DNA from: Negativicutes bacterium | GTDB lineage: Bacteria; Bacillota; Negativicutes; UBA1444 | NCBI GenBank assembly: GCA_963665275.2 | Contig: CAXXIN010000019.1 | Location: 96,001 to 160,000, forward strand | Reading direction: 5' to 3' | DNA length: 64,000 nucleotides | In this document: positions 40,851 through 51,263 of the stretch, one piece after another | Numbering within the stretch: the stretch's first letter is position 1 | Layout of the letters: every line of letters begins with the position of its first letter | Notes under the pieces: model-generated | Database searches by the model: none | What the model was told of the DNA's origin: nothing | What the model saw: the letters and a program-made list of their open reading frames with translations, nothing else | Program-made: the position numbers and the translations under genes

Positions 40851-42061
40851 TATATCTTCCCTTTTAGCAGATTGATCGCCGCCTCCATTTGCAGGTCGGC
40901 CGGTGCATCAGCACTGGGGGTTCCTTCCATTCCTGTCATTGGCAAGCGGCCCGGACGCCCTTCGGCGCCATTTTTGATTTCCGGATTCTCCACTTTGAGG
41001 TCCGGTTCAATGCCAATTCCATTGATAAAGCGGTTATTGGGCGTCGCATATTTGGCGATCGTCAGTTTGATCGCCGTATCCGGCGATAGTTTCAAGATGG
41101 ACTGTACAGAGCCCTTGCCGAACGTCTTGGTCCCGATCAGTGTCCCTGCGCTCGTGTCCTGCACAGCTCCGGCCACGATTTCCGAAGCGCTAGCGCTGCC
41201 GCCATTGACCAGCACCACCAACGGATACTTCACTTTGTCCAGAGTGGACCGATGGACTTCTGTTTCGCCATCCCGCGTCACTACGGACACGACAGGTCCC
41301 TTCGGTACGAGCTTATTGGAGACCCGCACACTGGAATCCAGCAGTCCGCCTGGATTATCCCGCAGGTCCAGGACCATCGCCTTCATCCCCTGCGCTTCCA
41401 TCGCTTCATACTGTTTATAAAATTCGCCGGCGGTCTGTTCATTGAACATGGCCAGGCGGATTACCGCGATTTTTTCCGGCAGCATCTTGCTGGATACCGT
41501 CTTGATCTGAATATTGGCGCGTGTCAGTTTGTAATCCTTGATGACTTCGCCGCGACGCAGGGTCAGCGTGACATCCGTGCCTTCCTGGCCGCGGATTTTG
41601 CCGACAGCCTCGTCCAGCGCCAGATTCATGGTTTCCTTGCCGTCGATCTTCAGGATCTGGTCTCCGCTGCGGATCCCGGCTTTTTCGCCCGGCGTTCCCT
41701 CGATCGGTGAAACAACCGTTAACAGCTTGTCCTTGACACTAATGACGATGCCGACACCACTGAAAGAACCTTCCGTTTCCATGCGGAATTCCTTGTACAT
41801 CTTCGCATCCATATAAATCGAATACGGATCGTTCAGGGAACTCACCATTCCCTTGATTGCCCCGTTCATCAGGGTTTCGACCGGTACTACCTCGATATAG
41901 CGGCTGCGCACCACATCCATTGCCCGCAATAGTTTGATCGCGCCGGGTGCGTCCGGGACCATCTGATCAAAAAGATACAGCGCGCCTCCTGCCGTCAGCA
42001 GGAACGTCGTCACTACGAGCACGATGGCGCCGATGATAATATTACGACGACTGTTCAACAC
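40850..42061 (-). CDS. S41 family carboxyl-terminal processing protease
   Basis: PDZ domain, DLRDNPGGLL, SASASEIVAGA, TFGKGSVQ. Confidence 0.95.
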   Translation of the reverse strand: MLNSRRNIIIGAIVLVVTTFLLTAGGALYLFDQMVPDAPGAIKLLRAMDVVRSRYIEVVPVETLMNGAIKGMVSSLNDPYSIYMDAKMYKEFRMETEGSFSGVGIVISVKDKLLTVVSPIEGTPGEKAGIRSGDQILKIDGKETMNLALDEAVGKIRGQEGTDVTLTLRRGEVIKDYKLTRANIQIKTVSSKMLPEKIAVIRLAMFNEQTAGEFYKQYEAMEAQGMKAMVLDLRDNPGGLLDSSVRVSNKLVPKGPVVSVVTRDGETEVHRSTLDKVKYPLVVLVNGGSASASEIVAGAVQDTSAGTLIGTKTFGKGSVQSILKLSPDTAIKLTIAKYATPNNRFINGIGIEPDLKVENPEIKNGAEGRPGRLPMTGMEGTPSADAPADLQMEAAINLLKGKI

Positions 42062-42087
42062 AATTCACCTCATTTTATATCCGGGGG

Positions 42088-43230
42088 TCAGGGCAGGAAA
42101 TTCAGCGGATTCACCGGCGTACCATTCTGCCGCACCTCGAAATGCAGATGCGGACCGGTGGAATAGCCTGTTGATCCTACCCGGGAAATCGCTTGCCCCT
42201 TGGCGACCGTCTGCCCCTCGCTCACCAACAGCTGCGAATTATGGGCATACAGAGTGGAAATACCGTTGCCGTGATCGATGATGACTGCGTTTCCATAGCC
42301 GCCCATCCAGTCGGAATGGATGACTACCCCGCCGTCGGCCGCCCTGACCGTATCGCCGTAGTCAGCGCCGATATCGATCCCGGTATGCAGACGCTGCGTA
42401 CCAAAAATAGGATGCACACGCCAACCGAAAGGCGAAGTAATCTCACCTTCCGCCGGCCACAACATCGTGCCGGTGCTGCCACCGACATTTTTTTCACCGG
42501 ATTGGATCTTGCGAATCATCGTTTCAATCTGTTTGGAGGTCTCGATCAATTCGCGATAGGCCCGTTCGGCCGTCTCCCGTTCGTATGTAGCGGCATTCAG
42601 CACGCCCTGCCGTTCCTGGCGGCGCTCTGCCACCAGCGCCTTTTTCGCAGCGGACTGCTTGCGCAATTCAACAATCTTGACCCGGTCGATTTCCAGCTGA
42701 GCCTTGGCTCGGGCCAGCGCCTCCCGGTCCGCCTTGGTTGCCTGCAGCAACGCATTATCATAAGCCAGGATTTTTTTCAGGATATCCATGCGGCTCACAA
42801 AGTCGCTGAAATCCTTTGCGCCAAAGAGCACATCAATGTAATTGACTTGCCCGTTTTTGTAAATATCACGGATCCGCCGGTGCAGCGTCTTGGTCTGGGC
42901 TTCCATTTTCTTCACCAGCCGCGCCGACAGTTCAGTATTTGCTTTGATCTGTTCCTCAGTCTGGCTCAGTTGGTCGTTGATCGCGTCAAACTCCGCCTGC
43001 GCCTCACTGAGTTCGGCCTGAATGACCCGTAGCTGTTCGGCGACGCTTCGCTCCTTGAGACGGGCGCGTTCCGCTTTGCGCTGCGCATCATCCGCCTGTT
43101 GCTGAATATTGGTCAGTTCCTGCTGTTTATCTTCCAGTTCATCCGCCAGCGCCGGTGAAATGGCCAATACAACAAAAGAAACTGCTAGAATTGCTGACAA
43201 AACTCGCCGCCAAATAAAATGTCCCTGCAT
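42088..43230 (-). CDS. EnvC-like coiled-coil / M23 peptidase
   Basis: Signal peptide, long coiled coil, HTGID, LYAH, STGPHLHFEV. Confidence 0.92.
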   Translation of the reverse strand: MQGHFIWRRVLSAILAVSFVVLAISPALADELEDKQQELTNIQQQADDAQRKAERARLKERSVAEQLRVIQAELSEAQAEFDAINDQLSQTEEQIKANTELSARLVKKMEAQTKTLHRRIRDIYKNGQVNYIDVLFGAKDFSDFVSRMDILKKILAYDNALLQATKADREALARAKAQLEIDRVKIVELRKQSAAKKALVAERRQERQGVLNAATYERETAERAYRELIETSKQIETMIRKIQSGEKNVGGSTGTMLWPAEGEITSPFGWRVHPIFGTQRLHTGIDIGADYGDTVRAADGGVVIHSDWMGGYGNAVIIDHGNGISTLYAHNSQLLVSEGQTVAKGQAISRVGSTGYSTGPHLHFEVRQNGTPVNPLNFLP

Positions 43231-43248
43231 TACGCACCCCCTGGTCAT

Positions 43249-44136
43249 TTAGACTTTGAGAAACTTTTTCACAGAAATCAGGCTACCCAAAACACCGATT
43301 CCAATCCCGGCGACAAGCACAAAAATGTTCACATAGCCCAAAAACGGATACTGGGGCAAGAGCGGCAAAAATGCCAGGGATTCATAGACCTGCCGGGTCA
43401 CCATGCTGTAAAGCTGTGACAGAAGGACTGCTGAAATGAAGGCGCCCAGCGCGCCCAGCAGTACCCCTTCGATGATGAACGGCCAACGGATAAACCAATC
43501 CGTAGCCCCCACATACTTCATGATGCCGATTTCGCGCCGCCTGGCGAATACCGTCAGCCGTATCGTGTTCACAATAATGAACAACGCCGCCAATCCCAGG
43601 AAGATGATCAACACCACGCCAAAAATCCTCACCATCCGGGTGAGGCTGAATAATTGTTCCACCACTTCCTGCCCATAGCGGGCCGCCTCGATCCCCTTGA
43701 GCTGGGAAATCGCGAGCGCCACCGCTTTCACACGCTCCGGACGATCGACCTTGACTTCGAACGAATTGGGCAGAGGATTGGCTTCACCCAGCTCCGCCAG
43801 CAACCCTTGTTGACTTCCAAGCCTGTCTTTGAAGCGTACCAGCGCTTCTTCCTTGCCGACGAACGTTACCCGGGTCACACCCGGCAGCTTCGTGATGCGG
43901 GTCCCGATTTCCCGGGTCTCGACATCTTTCAGCGTATCCTGCAGATAAACCGTTACCTGAATCTGAGACTCCAATACAGCAGCCATATGGTTCAGGTTCA
44001 TGACCACGACGGTGAACATGCCGAGGATCAACAGCGACAAAGCCACCGTCATCAGCGCCGCCACGCTCATCAGGCCATTGCGCCGGATAGAGTGGAGCGA
44101 CTCGGTGATGAAATATTCCGCCGTTCTAATCTTCAT
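43249..44136 (-). CDS. ftsX: Cell division permease FtsX
   Basis: NPLP, NTIRLT..ARRREI.IM..VGAT.WFIRWPF..EG. Confidence 0.96.
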   Translation of the reverse strand: MKIRTAEYFITESLHSIRRNGLMSVAALMTVALSLLILGMFTVVVMNLNHMAAVLESQIQVTVYLQDTLKDVETREIGTRITKLPGVTRVTFVGKEEALVRFKDRLGSQQGLLAELGEANPLPNSFEVKVDRPERVKAVALAISQLKGIEAARYGQEVVEQLFSLTRMVRIFGVVLIIFLGLAALFIIVNTIRLTVFARRREIGIMKYVGATDWFIRWPFIIEGVLLGALGAFISAVLLSQLYSMVTRQVYESLAFLPLLPQYPFLGYVNIFVLVAGIGIGVLGSLISVKKFLKV

Positions 44137-44812
44137 AGCCGTAGGCTCCCTTGGAATCGTCACGTGTAATGCGACCGTTTTCCAGCGCAATGACCCGCTT
44201 CATCATCTGATCGACAATCGGTTTGTCATGCGTTACCATTAAAATCGTGGTGCCTGTCTGATTGATCCGGTCGAATATCTTCATCGCTTCCCAGGAAGTA
44301 TCCGGATCCAGATTCCCAGTCGGTTCATCCGCGATCAGCACTGCCGGATTGTTCACGATCGCCCGGGCGATCGCCACCCGTTGTTGTTCCCCACCGGAGA
44401 GCTGCCCCGGATAGATTTTGGCTTTGGGCAACAAGCCGACCAGATCGAGCACATGTTTCACCCGACGCTGGATATCGCGCCGGGATGCCTCGATGACCCG
44501 CATGGCAAAGGCCACGTTTTCATAACAATTTTTGTCAGGCAAGAGCCGAAAATCCTGAAACACGATGCCGAGTGAACGACGAAAGTAGGGAATTTCCTGG
44601 GGCTGCAACATAGACAGATTGCGTCCGTTGACGATGATTTCTCCGGTCGTCACGAGCTGCTCACGAAACAGCAGCTTGATCAAGGTAGACTTGCCGGCGC
44701 CGCTGGGACCAACCACAAATGCAAATTCGCCCTTGTCGATCTTCAAGGTCAGATCGGACAGCGCAACGAACCCATCATCGAATATTTTGCTGACTTCACT
44801 AAGTTGTATCAA
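44126..44812 (-). CDS. ftsE: Cell division ATP-binding protein FtsE
   Basis: [35 protein letters not shown]; TTG start after AGGAGAGG. Confidence 0.96.
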   Translation of the reverse strand: MIQLSEVSKIFDDGFVALSDLTLKIDKGEFAFVVGPSGAGKSTLIKLLFREQLVTTGEIIVNGRNLSMLQPQEIPYFRRSLGIVFQDFRLLPDKNCYENVAFAMRVIEASRRDIQRRVKHVLDLVGLLPKAKIYPGQLSGGEQQRVAIARAIVNNPAVLIADEPTGNLDPDTSWEAMKIFDRINQTGTTILMVTHDKPIVDQMMKRVIALENGRITRDDSKGAYGYED

Positions 44813-44837
44813 AGCAATTGACCTCTCCTGCTTATTT

Positions 44838-45968
44838 CTATTTAACTTTATTATTATTCGACAGGGAGTGTTTATCCCCCTTTTTTTCGAGCAGATCCAT
44901 GGCAAAACGAGCGTTCTGCAGCGCCTGCGCACGCAGCGCCGCCACTTTGCCGCGTCGCCTTTCGCCAGCTGCGGCATCGATTTGAACCTGCTGAATCTGA
45001 GCCAACAGATTCTCGGAAGTCAGGGTCTCGAGTGTTCCGGCATGCCTCTCGCCGAGGGTTTCCAGAAAACGGTCGATTTTGGGATCGTACGATACCCCGA
45101 CGAAGGGTCGCTCCATGACGGCAGCAAAAATCAACGCATGCAGTCGGACGCCCACCAGCAGGTCAAGATTGCGGACCACCGACAGAAGCTCGGCTGTATC
45201 GCACTTCTGGCCAATCAGCGCGTGGGGCTGCCGCATTTTGGCGGCCACTCGCTGGGCCGCTTGCACGTCATCCGGCCACTGCATGGGAATGAAAACGATA
45301 CGGGCGCCAGTCTCGGCGACGAGCCGATCCGCCACAGCCGCGAATACATTTTTGTAATGCTCTCTTCCCTGCCACTCGCGCACGGAAAATCCGATCAGCG
45401 GCCCCTCGCCGCCTAGACCCAGGCTATCGAGGATCCTTCGGCCTGACTCAATTGACGCCGGTTCCAGCGCCAACACGGGATCCGCCGTCACACTTACCTT
45501 CGGTTTGACAACACCAAGGCCCGCCAGTTCGACCAGCGAGCCCTCATCGCGGACCGTACCGCCGGCGATGCAGTTGCCGATATGCTTCATGAAGGACCTC
45601 GCCATGCAGCTGCGAATCGGTCCGATCCCCTGTGCGTAAAGCATGACAGGTCGTCCCAAAAAGCAGGCGAGCTGCATGATTCCCAAATAATAAAAAATGC
45701 TGCGGCCGCTGGTGACATCCTGCAGCAAACTCCCCCCGCCGCTGATCAGCAGGTCGGAGGCGCGAATCGCGCGGGCGATCCCCCACAGATTCAGCCGGTG
45801 AACAGCCGATACCGCATGCTTCTTCGCAGTATCAGCTGGATTGCCGGAAATGACAGTGATTGCAACCTGAGGGTCGAGCGCGCGCAGAGCAGACACCATC
45901 GCCAACAACATCGCTTCGTCGCCGGCATTGCCGAAACCGTAGTAACCTGATATCACCAGTTTATTCAT
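44838..45968 (-). CDS. csaB: Polysaccharide pyruvyl transferase CsaB
   Basis: SGYYGFGNAGDEA, GGGSLLQDVTS..S..YY, AQGIGP, RLHALI, SYDPK. Confidence 0.93.
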   Translation of the reverse strand: MNKLVISGYYGFGNAGDEAMLLAMVSALRALDPQVAITVISGNPADTAKKHAVSAVHRLNLWGIARAIRASDLLISGGGSLLQDVTSGRSIFYYLGIMQLACFLGRPVMLYAQGIGPIRSCMARSFMKHIGNCIAGGTVRDEGSLVELAGLGVVKPKVSVTADPVLALEPASIESGRRILDSLGLGGEGPLIGFSVREWQGREHYKNVFAAVADRLVAETGARIVFIPMQWPDDVQAAQRVAAKMRQPHALIGQKCDTAELLSVVRNLDLLVGVRLHALIFAAVMERPFVGVSYDPKIDRFLETLGERHAGTLETLTSENLLAQIQQVQIDAAAGERRRGKVAALRAQALQNARFAMDLLEKKGDKHSLSNNNKVK

Positions 45969-48021
45969 CCGATGGCAGTCTCCTTCCCATCAGGAAAGTC
46001 AGCGACTGCAGCCAGTGAAGGGCGAGAACCGCGCACACGCCGAGCGCGGCGCCGAGGCCCACGCCGTTGACTCCGCGCAGCAAAGACATGATGAAAGGCG
46101 TTCGCATATGAGCAAATGTTTCGACCAGCGAACCCATGGCGATAGTTGCCGCCACAACGAAGGCGAAGTGAAAGAACCGCGGCCAATTCCGATATAACGC
46201 CATCACGGCCAACAGAAAAGCGGGATGGCCGATGAGAAATTCTTTTTCACGCGGGCGGGCATACATCGTGACTTCCAGGAACCGGCGCAATTTGATTTCA
46301 ATTTCCGGCACCGGCACCCCCGAATCGTGTCCGGAGCGTCCCACGAAAACATAAGCAACCGCCGCCGCCGCCCCGAAACCCAAGATCGTTTTGATATAGG
46401 CCGGATAGTCGAGCACATGCAGCAGCTTCGCCCAGAGGTGGCGGGAATCATCCGCATCCACGCCAGGGAACAGGTTGAACCGGGTCAGATATACGATGCT
46501 GATGAGCAGTAGCGGCAAGACAAACGTCAGTTTGACTCCCCGGAAAATCTCCATTTCGAGCAGAAAACGCGTATCGGACAGCACCGCCGCCAGATAAAGG
46601 CCTCCCACCAGCGCCAGCAAAAATGTCCGGGTCAGGCCAACGAGACCGTCCCTCAGAATACGCCAGAGAGGCGCGCCGCCGCGGGGAGCTTTCGCCCGCC
46701 AGCAATCGAGCTGCCAGGTCATCGCCAGCACCGGGAAAATAACGGCGCTGCCCAAAGCTGTCATTTGCCGCACCAACGTTGCAGATCCCATCAACATGGG
46801 TAGCCCCAGTCCCAGTGATAATAAGGCGAACAACCCATACTGCATCCGCCGGGGAAACGGGATCGCCACGCTGACCAACAAGACACCGGCAGCCACTGTG
46901 CCGACGGCAATCAACAGGAGCAGGAATCGATTCGGCATAAAGGGAGGAAAAGTCGTCGCCGGTCCTGTCGGCACATCGAACGAACTCAGCCCCTTCTTGA
47001 CGCCACTGACATAAGCCACATGCGTTTCCGTCAAATTTTTACCCGGCAGAGGGCGCTCGTACATCTTCAGATACTGCATGCGGATATTGCGTTCCCGACT
47101 GCCCAGCACCTGTCGATGAACCGCTTCCACCATCGACAGTTTGGGCTGTTCGACCTTCAGCAGCTGATGAAGTCGGGCGGTAGAGTAATTGGTCATTTTC
47201 GCCAGATCGAACATGCCATCCTGCATCTTGAACTGCAGCTGCGTATAATGTTCCATCATCGCGAGCGTCAGGCCGCGCTTTTTCATCTCGGCGGCCACCA
47301 GAGGCAACTGGTCGGGGAAGCCCAGCACTTCATCCCCGACAAAATAAATTCCCGATACAGCCGATCCCACCGAATCGATGCGTTCGAACACCGACTGTAC
47401 ATCGTCCGGATTGACTTTCAGATAGTTGGTCGGCCGCGCCAGTATGAGGAACCCGTTAGAAGCCGCCGTCTCCATCTCGGAAACCGGTATTCCCAGATTC
47501 CAGCGGATCAAGGATTCGAACGGCGCATCAATGATAAGGAACCGCCGGCCGCCCTCGTTGAAATATTTGATCCGGTGTTTGCCGACCCGACGTTCCAGGT
47601 CGCTCTGCACTTCGGCGAACCGGTCTGTTTCCCGGTCCAGTACATAAACCTGCCTGGCCGCCAGCCTTCCCGACTCGACCTCGTTGCGCCACCACCAGTT
47701 GGTCAGCGTCCCGGCATGATAGCTGTGCAGCATCTGGGTGGTGGATACCGCGGTCACCACACCTTCATCAGCCAGCTTTTCCAGATTGGTTTCAAAAACC
47801 GCCAGCGTAGTCAACCCTGCCGCCTTCAGCTGCCGTAGCGCCGATTGCAGCGGTATGCCGTCAATCCGGGCCATCTCCACTACTTCCGCCAGATCCGATA
47901 CCAGCTCCACTTGTGTATTGGCGCGTTCGATTCCATAGCGCTGCCAGTTCACATAGAGAGCCGCCAACAATCCCAGAATGATGAAGACGATGAGAACCCG
48001 ATTGTATCGAAAAACCAGCAA
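45961..48021 (-). CDS. DUF5693-like membrane protein
   Basis: ERNIR, FRGVK, RPR.KEFLIGHP, TF.H..TP motifs; adjacent to csaB. Confidence 0.8.
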   Translation of the reverse strand: MLVFRYNRVLIVFIILGLLAALYVNWQRYGIERANTQVELVSDLAEVVEMARIDGIPLQSALRQLKAAGLTTLAVFETNLEKLADEGVVTAVSTTQMLHSYHAGTLTNWWWRNEVESGRLAARQVYVLDRETDRFAEVQSDLERRVGKHRIKYFNEGGRRFLIIDAPFESLIRWNLGIPVSEMETAASNGFLILARPTNYLKVNPDDVQSVFERIDSVGSAVSGIYFVGDEVLGFPDQLPLVAAEMKKRGLTLAMMEHYTQLQFKMQDGMFDLAKMTNYSTARLHQLLKVEQPKLSMVEAVHRQVLGSRERNIRMQYLKMYERPLPGKNLTETHVAYVSGVKKGLSSFDVPTGPATTFPPFMPNRFLLLLIAVGTVAAGVLLVSVAIPFPRRMQYGLFALLSLGLGLPMLMGSATLVRQMTALGSAVIFPVLAMTWQLDCWRAKAPRGGAPLWRILRDGLVGLTRTFLLALVGGLYLAAVLSDTRFLLEMEIFRGVKLTFVLPLLLISIVYLTRFNLFPGVDADDSRHLWAKLLHVLDYPAYIKTILGFGAAAAVAYVFVGRSGHDSGVPVPEIEIKLRRFLEVTMYARPREKEFLIGHPAFLLAVMALYRNWPRFFHFAFVVAATIAMGSLVETFAHMRTPFIMSLLRGVNGVGLGAALGVCAVLALHWLQSLTFLMGRRLPSDE

Positions 48022-48049
48022 CTTTCATTCCACCTTATAATTCGGATAC

Positions 48050-48727
48050 TTAGTGATTGTCGGCAAAAAGAGTGATGAGGCCGGGTTCCATGACGATCTT
48101 GCGCACACCGGCCTTGAACGGCAGCGTCGTCAGATCCAGCAGGGGAATTTCCGCAAACAGCGAGTTGAAATTGATACCGCCGGCATTTTTCACTTCCAGC
48201 CGCTCGCTACGAAAGCGGATCGACTGCGCGTCGCCGACGATCTGCCCCTCCGTGCTTACGGCAATTTTGAGGATGCCCAGGTCCACATCGCCGTGGATCT
48301 GAATTTTATCCGCCAGAATCTTCACTGACGGGTTCTTAACTTCCTTTACCTTGGCGCCGAGATATTCGGCGAGATCTTTTTCATTGAGCTTCATCACGAT
48401 TTCGAGGTTGCGTACATCCTGAACCGTAACCCGGTTGCTGCGCACCAACGTGCCCATGTTGATCCGTGCATCATCAAGCGTCACCCGCGCCTCCTGAATC
48501 TTCAGACCGTCTATGCGGGCGTCCTCCGAAACGGCCTTCACTCCGTCGAATTGCCCCATCCACAAGGAAATTCCAGGCAAGGAGCGGGCCGAAACATTGT
48601 GCTGACGCGCCGGCATCACCTTGGACAACGCACTGTCCAACCAAAAAGAGACAACCAATGGCGTGATAATCTCGCTGAAAACGAGCAACGCGGCAAAAAA
48701 ACTAATGAAAAGTACTTTTTTCGACAC
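48050..48727 (-). CDS. DUF2993 / LmeA-like protein
   Basis: N-terminal TM, P...L..G.FD motif, E.DL..YL, LPF near the C-terminus. Confidence 0.6.
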   Translation of the reverse strand: MSKKVLFISFFAALLVFSEIITPLVVSFWLDSALSKVMPARQHNVSARSLPGISLWMGQFDGVKAVSEDARIDGLKIQEARVTLDDARINMGTLVRSNRVTVQDVRNLEIVMKLNEKDLAEYLGAKVKEVKNPSVKILADKIQIHGDVDLGILKIAVSTEGQIVGDAQSIRFRSERLEVKNAGGINFNSLFAEIPLLDLTTLPFKAGVRKIVMEPGLITLFADNH

Positions 48728-48736
48728 TAGGTCCTC

Positions 48737-49838
48737 CTACAGGGCTTTTTGTTTCAGATAGGCCTCGATGAAGCCATCCAGGTCTCCATCCATCACCGCC
48801 TGCACGTTGCCCACCTCGTAACTGGTACGGTGGTCCTTGACCATGCTGTAGGGGTGAAACACATAGGAACGAATCTGGCTGCCCCACTCGATTTTCTGGT
48901 AGTCACCGGCCAGCTCCGCCTTTTCAGCGGCCTGCCGTTCCTGTTCCAGTTCGAACAGGCGGGAACGTAGCAGTTTCATACACTGCTCGCGGTTCTGAAT
49001 CTGAGAGCGCTCGTTCTGGCACTGGACCACGACCCCTGTCGGCAGATGGGTCATCCGGACTGCCGAATCCGTCTTGTTGATGTGCTGTCCGCCGGCACCG
49101 CTGGCTCGGTAGGTATCAACGCGCAGATCTTCCGCCCGAATCTCGATCTGCACATTGTCGTCGATTTCCGGCATCACGTCGATCGCCGCAAAAGAGGTAT
49201 GGCGACGGGCATTGGAATCAAAGGGTGAAATACGTACCAATCGGTGCACACCCTTTTCCGCTTTGAGATAGCCATAGGCATTGCGTCCGGTAATCATGAG
49301 CGTGGCGCTCTTGACGCCCGCTTCATCGCCATCCTGAAAATCCAGGGTCTCGACCCGGTAACGGTTGCGTTCCGCCCACCGCACATACATCCGCAGCAGC
49401 ATCTGGGCCCAGTCCTGGGCTTCGGTGCCGCCAGCGCCGGCGTGCAGGGTCAGGATCGCGTTATTGGCGTCATATTCGCCGGACAGCATGAGTGAAAGCT
49501 GCAGCTGTTCGAGGTCATGCTGCAGTTCCTTGATCTGCTCCTCCAGTTCCGCCTGGATGCTGTCGTCATTTTCTTCCATGCCCAGTTCCCAGAGAGCGGC
49601 TATATCGCCGTGGCGGTTTTTTAGTCCATGAAACTGTTCCACCGGCGCCCTGAGCGTCGTCAGGTCCTGCATGACTTTTTGCGCGGCCTGCGGATCCTCC
49701 CAAAGGTCGTGGGACTCGGTCACCCGTTCAAGCCGGGCAATCTGTACTTCCTTTTCAGTGACGTCAAAGAGACCCCCTGAGTTCTTCAACCTTGCGGCCC
49801 AATTCTTCGATGGGCCCTTTCCATTCTGACAATAACAA
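48737..49838 (-). CDS. prfB: Peptide chain release factor 2 (programmed +1 frameshift)
   Basis: SPF and GGQ motifs; short frame TTG...MLLSEWKGPIEELGRKVEELRGSL ends at CTT-TGA-C. Confidence 0.97.
49763..49778 (-). other. RF2 programmed +1 frameshift signal
   Basis: AGGGGG-TCT-CTT-TGA-C, the canonical SD plus slippery site. Confidence 0.95.
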
Positions 49839-49906
49839 CTAACCTTCACTCCTATTTTTAAAAAACTTTTAAATCGTCTATGTTTGCTCTTCTCAAAAAT
49901 ATCCCC

Positions 49907-50025
49907 AGGCGTTTCAGGCGGATGCAGCTGCAAGGCGCGGCAAGAGTTCAAGCGAAGGCGTACTGCTGTACGTCAAGCGCAGAACTCGTAGCCGCAACGC
50001 CGCAGATGCGCCGCCTGGGACACCT
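49907..50025. repeat. 119-bp imperfect palindromic element (REP/MITE-like or structured RNA)
   Basis: Nested stems AGGCGTTTCAGGCGG/CCGCCTGGGACACCT, GCAGCTGC/GCAGATGC, GGCG/CGCC, CGGC/GCCG, GAGTTC/GAACTC, GCG/CGC, GGCGTAC-TGCT-GTACGTC. Confidence 0.7.
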
Positions 50026-51250
50026 AAGACCCCTTGTTCAGCGAGAACTCACTCACCGTCCTGTTGATTTCGCGGGCCAGCGACTCGGGGATGCCTTCGA
50101 TGTTGACGTTCAGGAAACCGCGCACGATCGTTGCGACCGCTTCCTCCTCGTCCAACCCGCGGGCCATCAGGTATTCGATCTCTTCCGGCGCGATCTTGCC
50201 CACCGCTGCCTCGTGGCTCAGTTCGGCATTTTCGGCGCGGGCTTCCAGCTCAGGCACCGCATGTATGACGCCGCCCGGCGCCAATAGCAGGCCATGGCAC
50301 TCCAGATGAGCTTTGGATTCCGTGGCATTGCCGACCAAATGACCCCGGTTGATGATGATCCCCCCCGTCGATATGCTGCGGGCCACGATCTCGGCTCTGG
50401 TTCCGGGCGAATCCAAAATCACCCGCCCGCCAATGTCCATATGCGACCCCGGCGGCGCAACCAGGATGGAGTTCATGCGGGCGACAGCGCCCGGCGCAGT
50501 GAGACGCGCACTGGGATACATCTGGAGGTCTTTCACTGTTTTCAGACAAATATAGTTGGAGAGATACAGCCCGTCTTCCTCCACGATGACGCCGGTGCGG
50601 GGCCGGACAGTGATGTCTTCGCCCCAGCGGTGGATCATAGTGAAAGTCAGCTTGCCGCCCTTCTTGATGTAAAATTCGCTGATGCCGATATGGGCGCCTT
50701 TTTTCACATCGGGGTCCGTCGCGCAACCGGTGATGACATGCAGTTCCGCGCCTTCCTCGACAATGATGATGTTATGAACATCCTGAATCAGGCCTTCCTG
50801 TCCGATATAGAGACAGGCTTGCACCGGTTCAGCGATCTTCTGCCCCGCCAGGGCTCGGATGAAATAACCGTGTTCCTGATGCAGAGCCGCCCGGGCCGTG
50901 AATTTATCTGCATCCGGCGCTACCGCCCGCCACCAGTAATCCATCAGCCAATCGTGGCATTTCAACGCCGCATCGGTGGACATGATCTCCACGCCCTCGG
51001 CGGCAATATCACAGTGGGACACGGAGTGGTCCATCTGCATATACGTGCCGGCCCGACCGGTTCCCGAAGTATCGAGACCGATCGCTTCGAGCTGTTTGCG
51101 CTTCTCGGTCGACATGGCTGTCAAGTCGGGAATCGGCGCATCTTCTTTGCCATATTCGACGAAACTGCTGAAATCTACATCGGCGCCATAAATGGCTTTT
51201 TTATCGATAGCCGCTCTGGCTTTTTCGTTCAGAATATCCTGCTTATTCAT
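50024..51250 (-). CDS. SufB/SufD-family Fe-S scaffold (SmsB-type)
   Basis: 408 aa, HNII..EEGA, QMYP, HLEC.GL, PELE, LSHEAAVGKIA.EEIEYLMARG. Confidence 0.88.
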   Translation of the reverse strand: MNKQDILNEKARAAIDKKAIYGADVDFSSFVEYGKEDAPIPDLTAMSTEKRKQLEAIGLDTSGTGRAGTYMQMDHSVSHCDIAAEGVEIMSTDAALKCHDWLMDYWWRAVAPDADKFTARAALHQEHGYFIRALAGQKIAEPVQACLYIGQEGLIQDVHNIIIVEEGAELHVITGCATDPDVKKGAHIGISEFYIKKGGKLTFTMIHRWGEDITVRPRTGVIVEEDGLYLSNYICLKTVKDLQMYPSARLTAPGAVARMNSILVAPPGSHMDIGGRVILDSPGTRAEIVARSISTGGIIINRGHLVGNATESKAHLECHGLLLAPGGVIHAVPELEARAENAELSHEAAVGKIAPEEIEYLMARGLDEEEAVATIVRGFLNVNIEGIPESLAREINRTVSEFSLNKGS

Positions 51251-51263
51251 CGCCTAGCCCTCC

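Noticed and set aside
49839-49951. Long N-terminal extension of prfB, or prfB as a novel recoding event
   Set aside because: The true start is TTG at 49838 with the canonical RF2 +1 frameshift.
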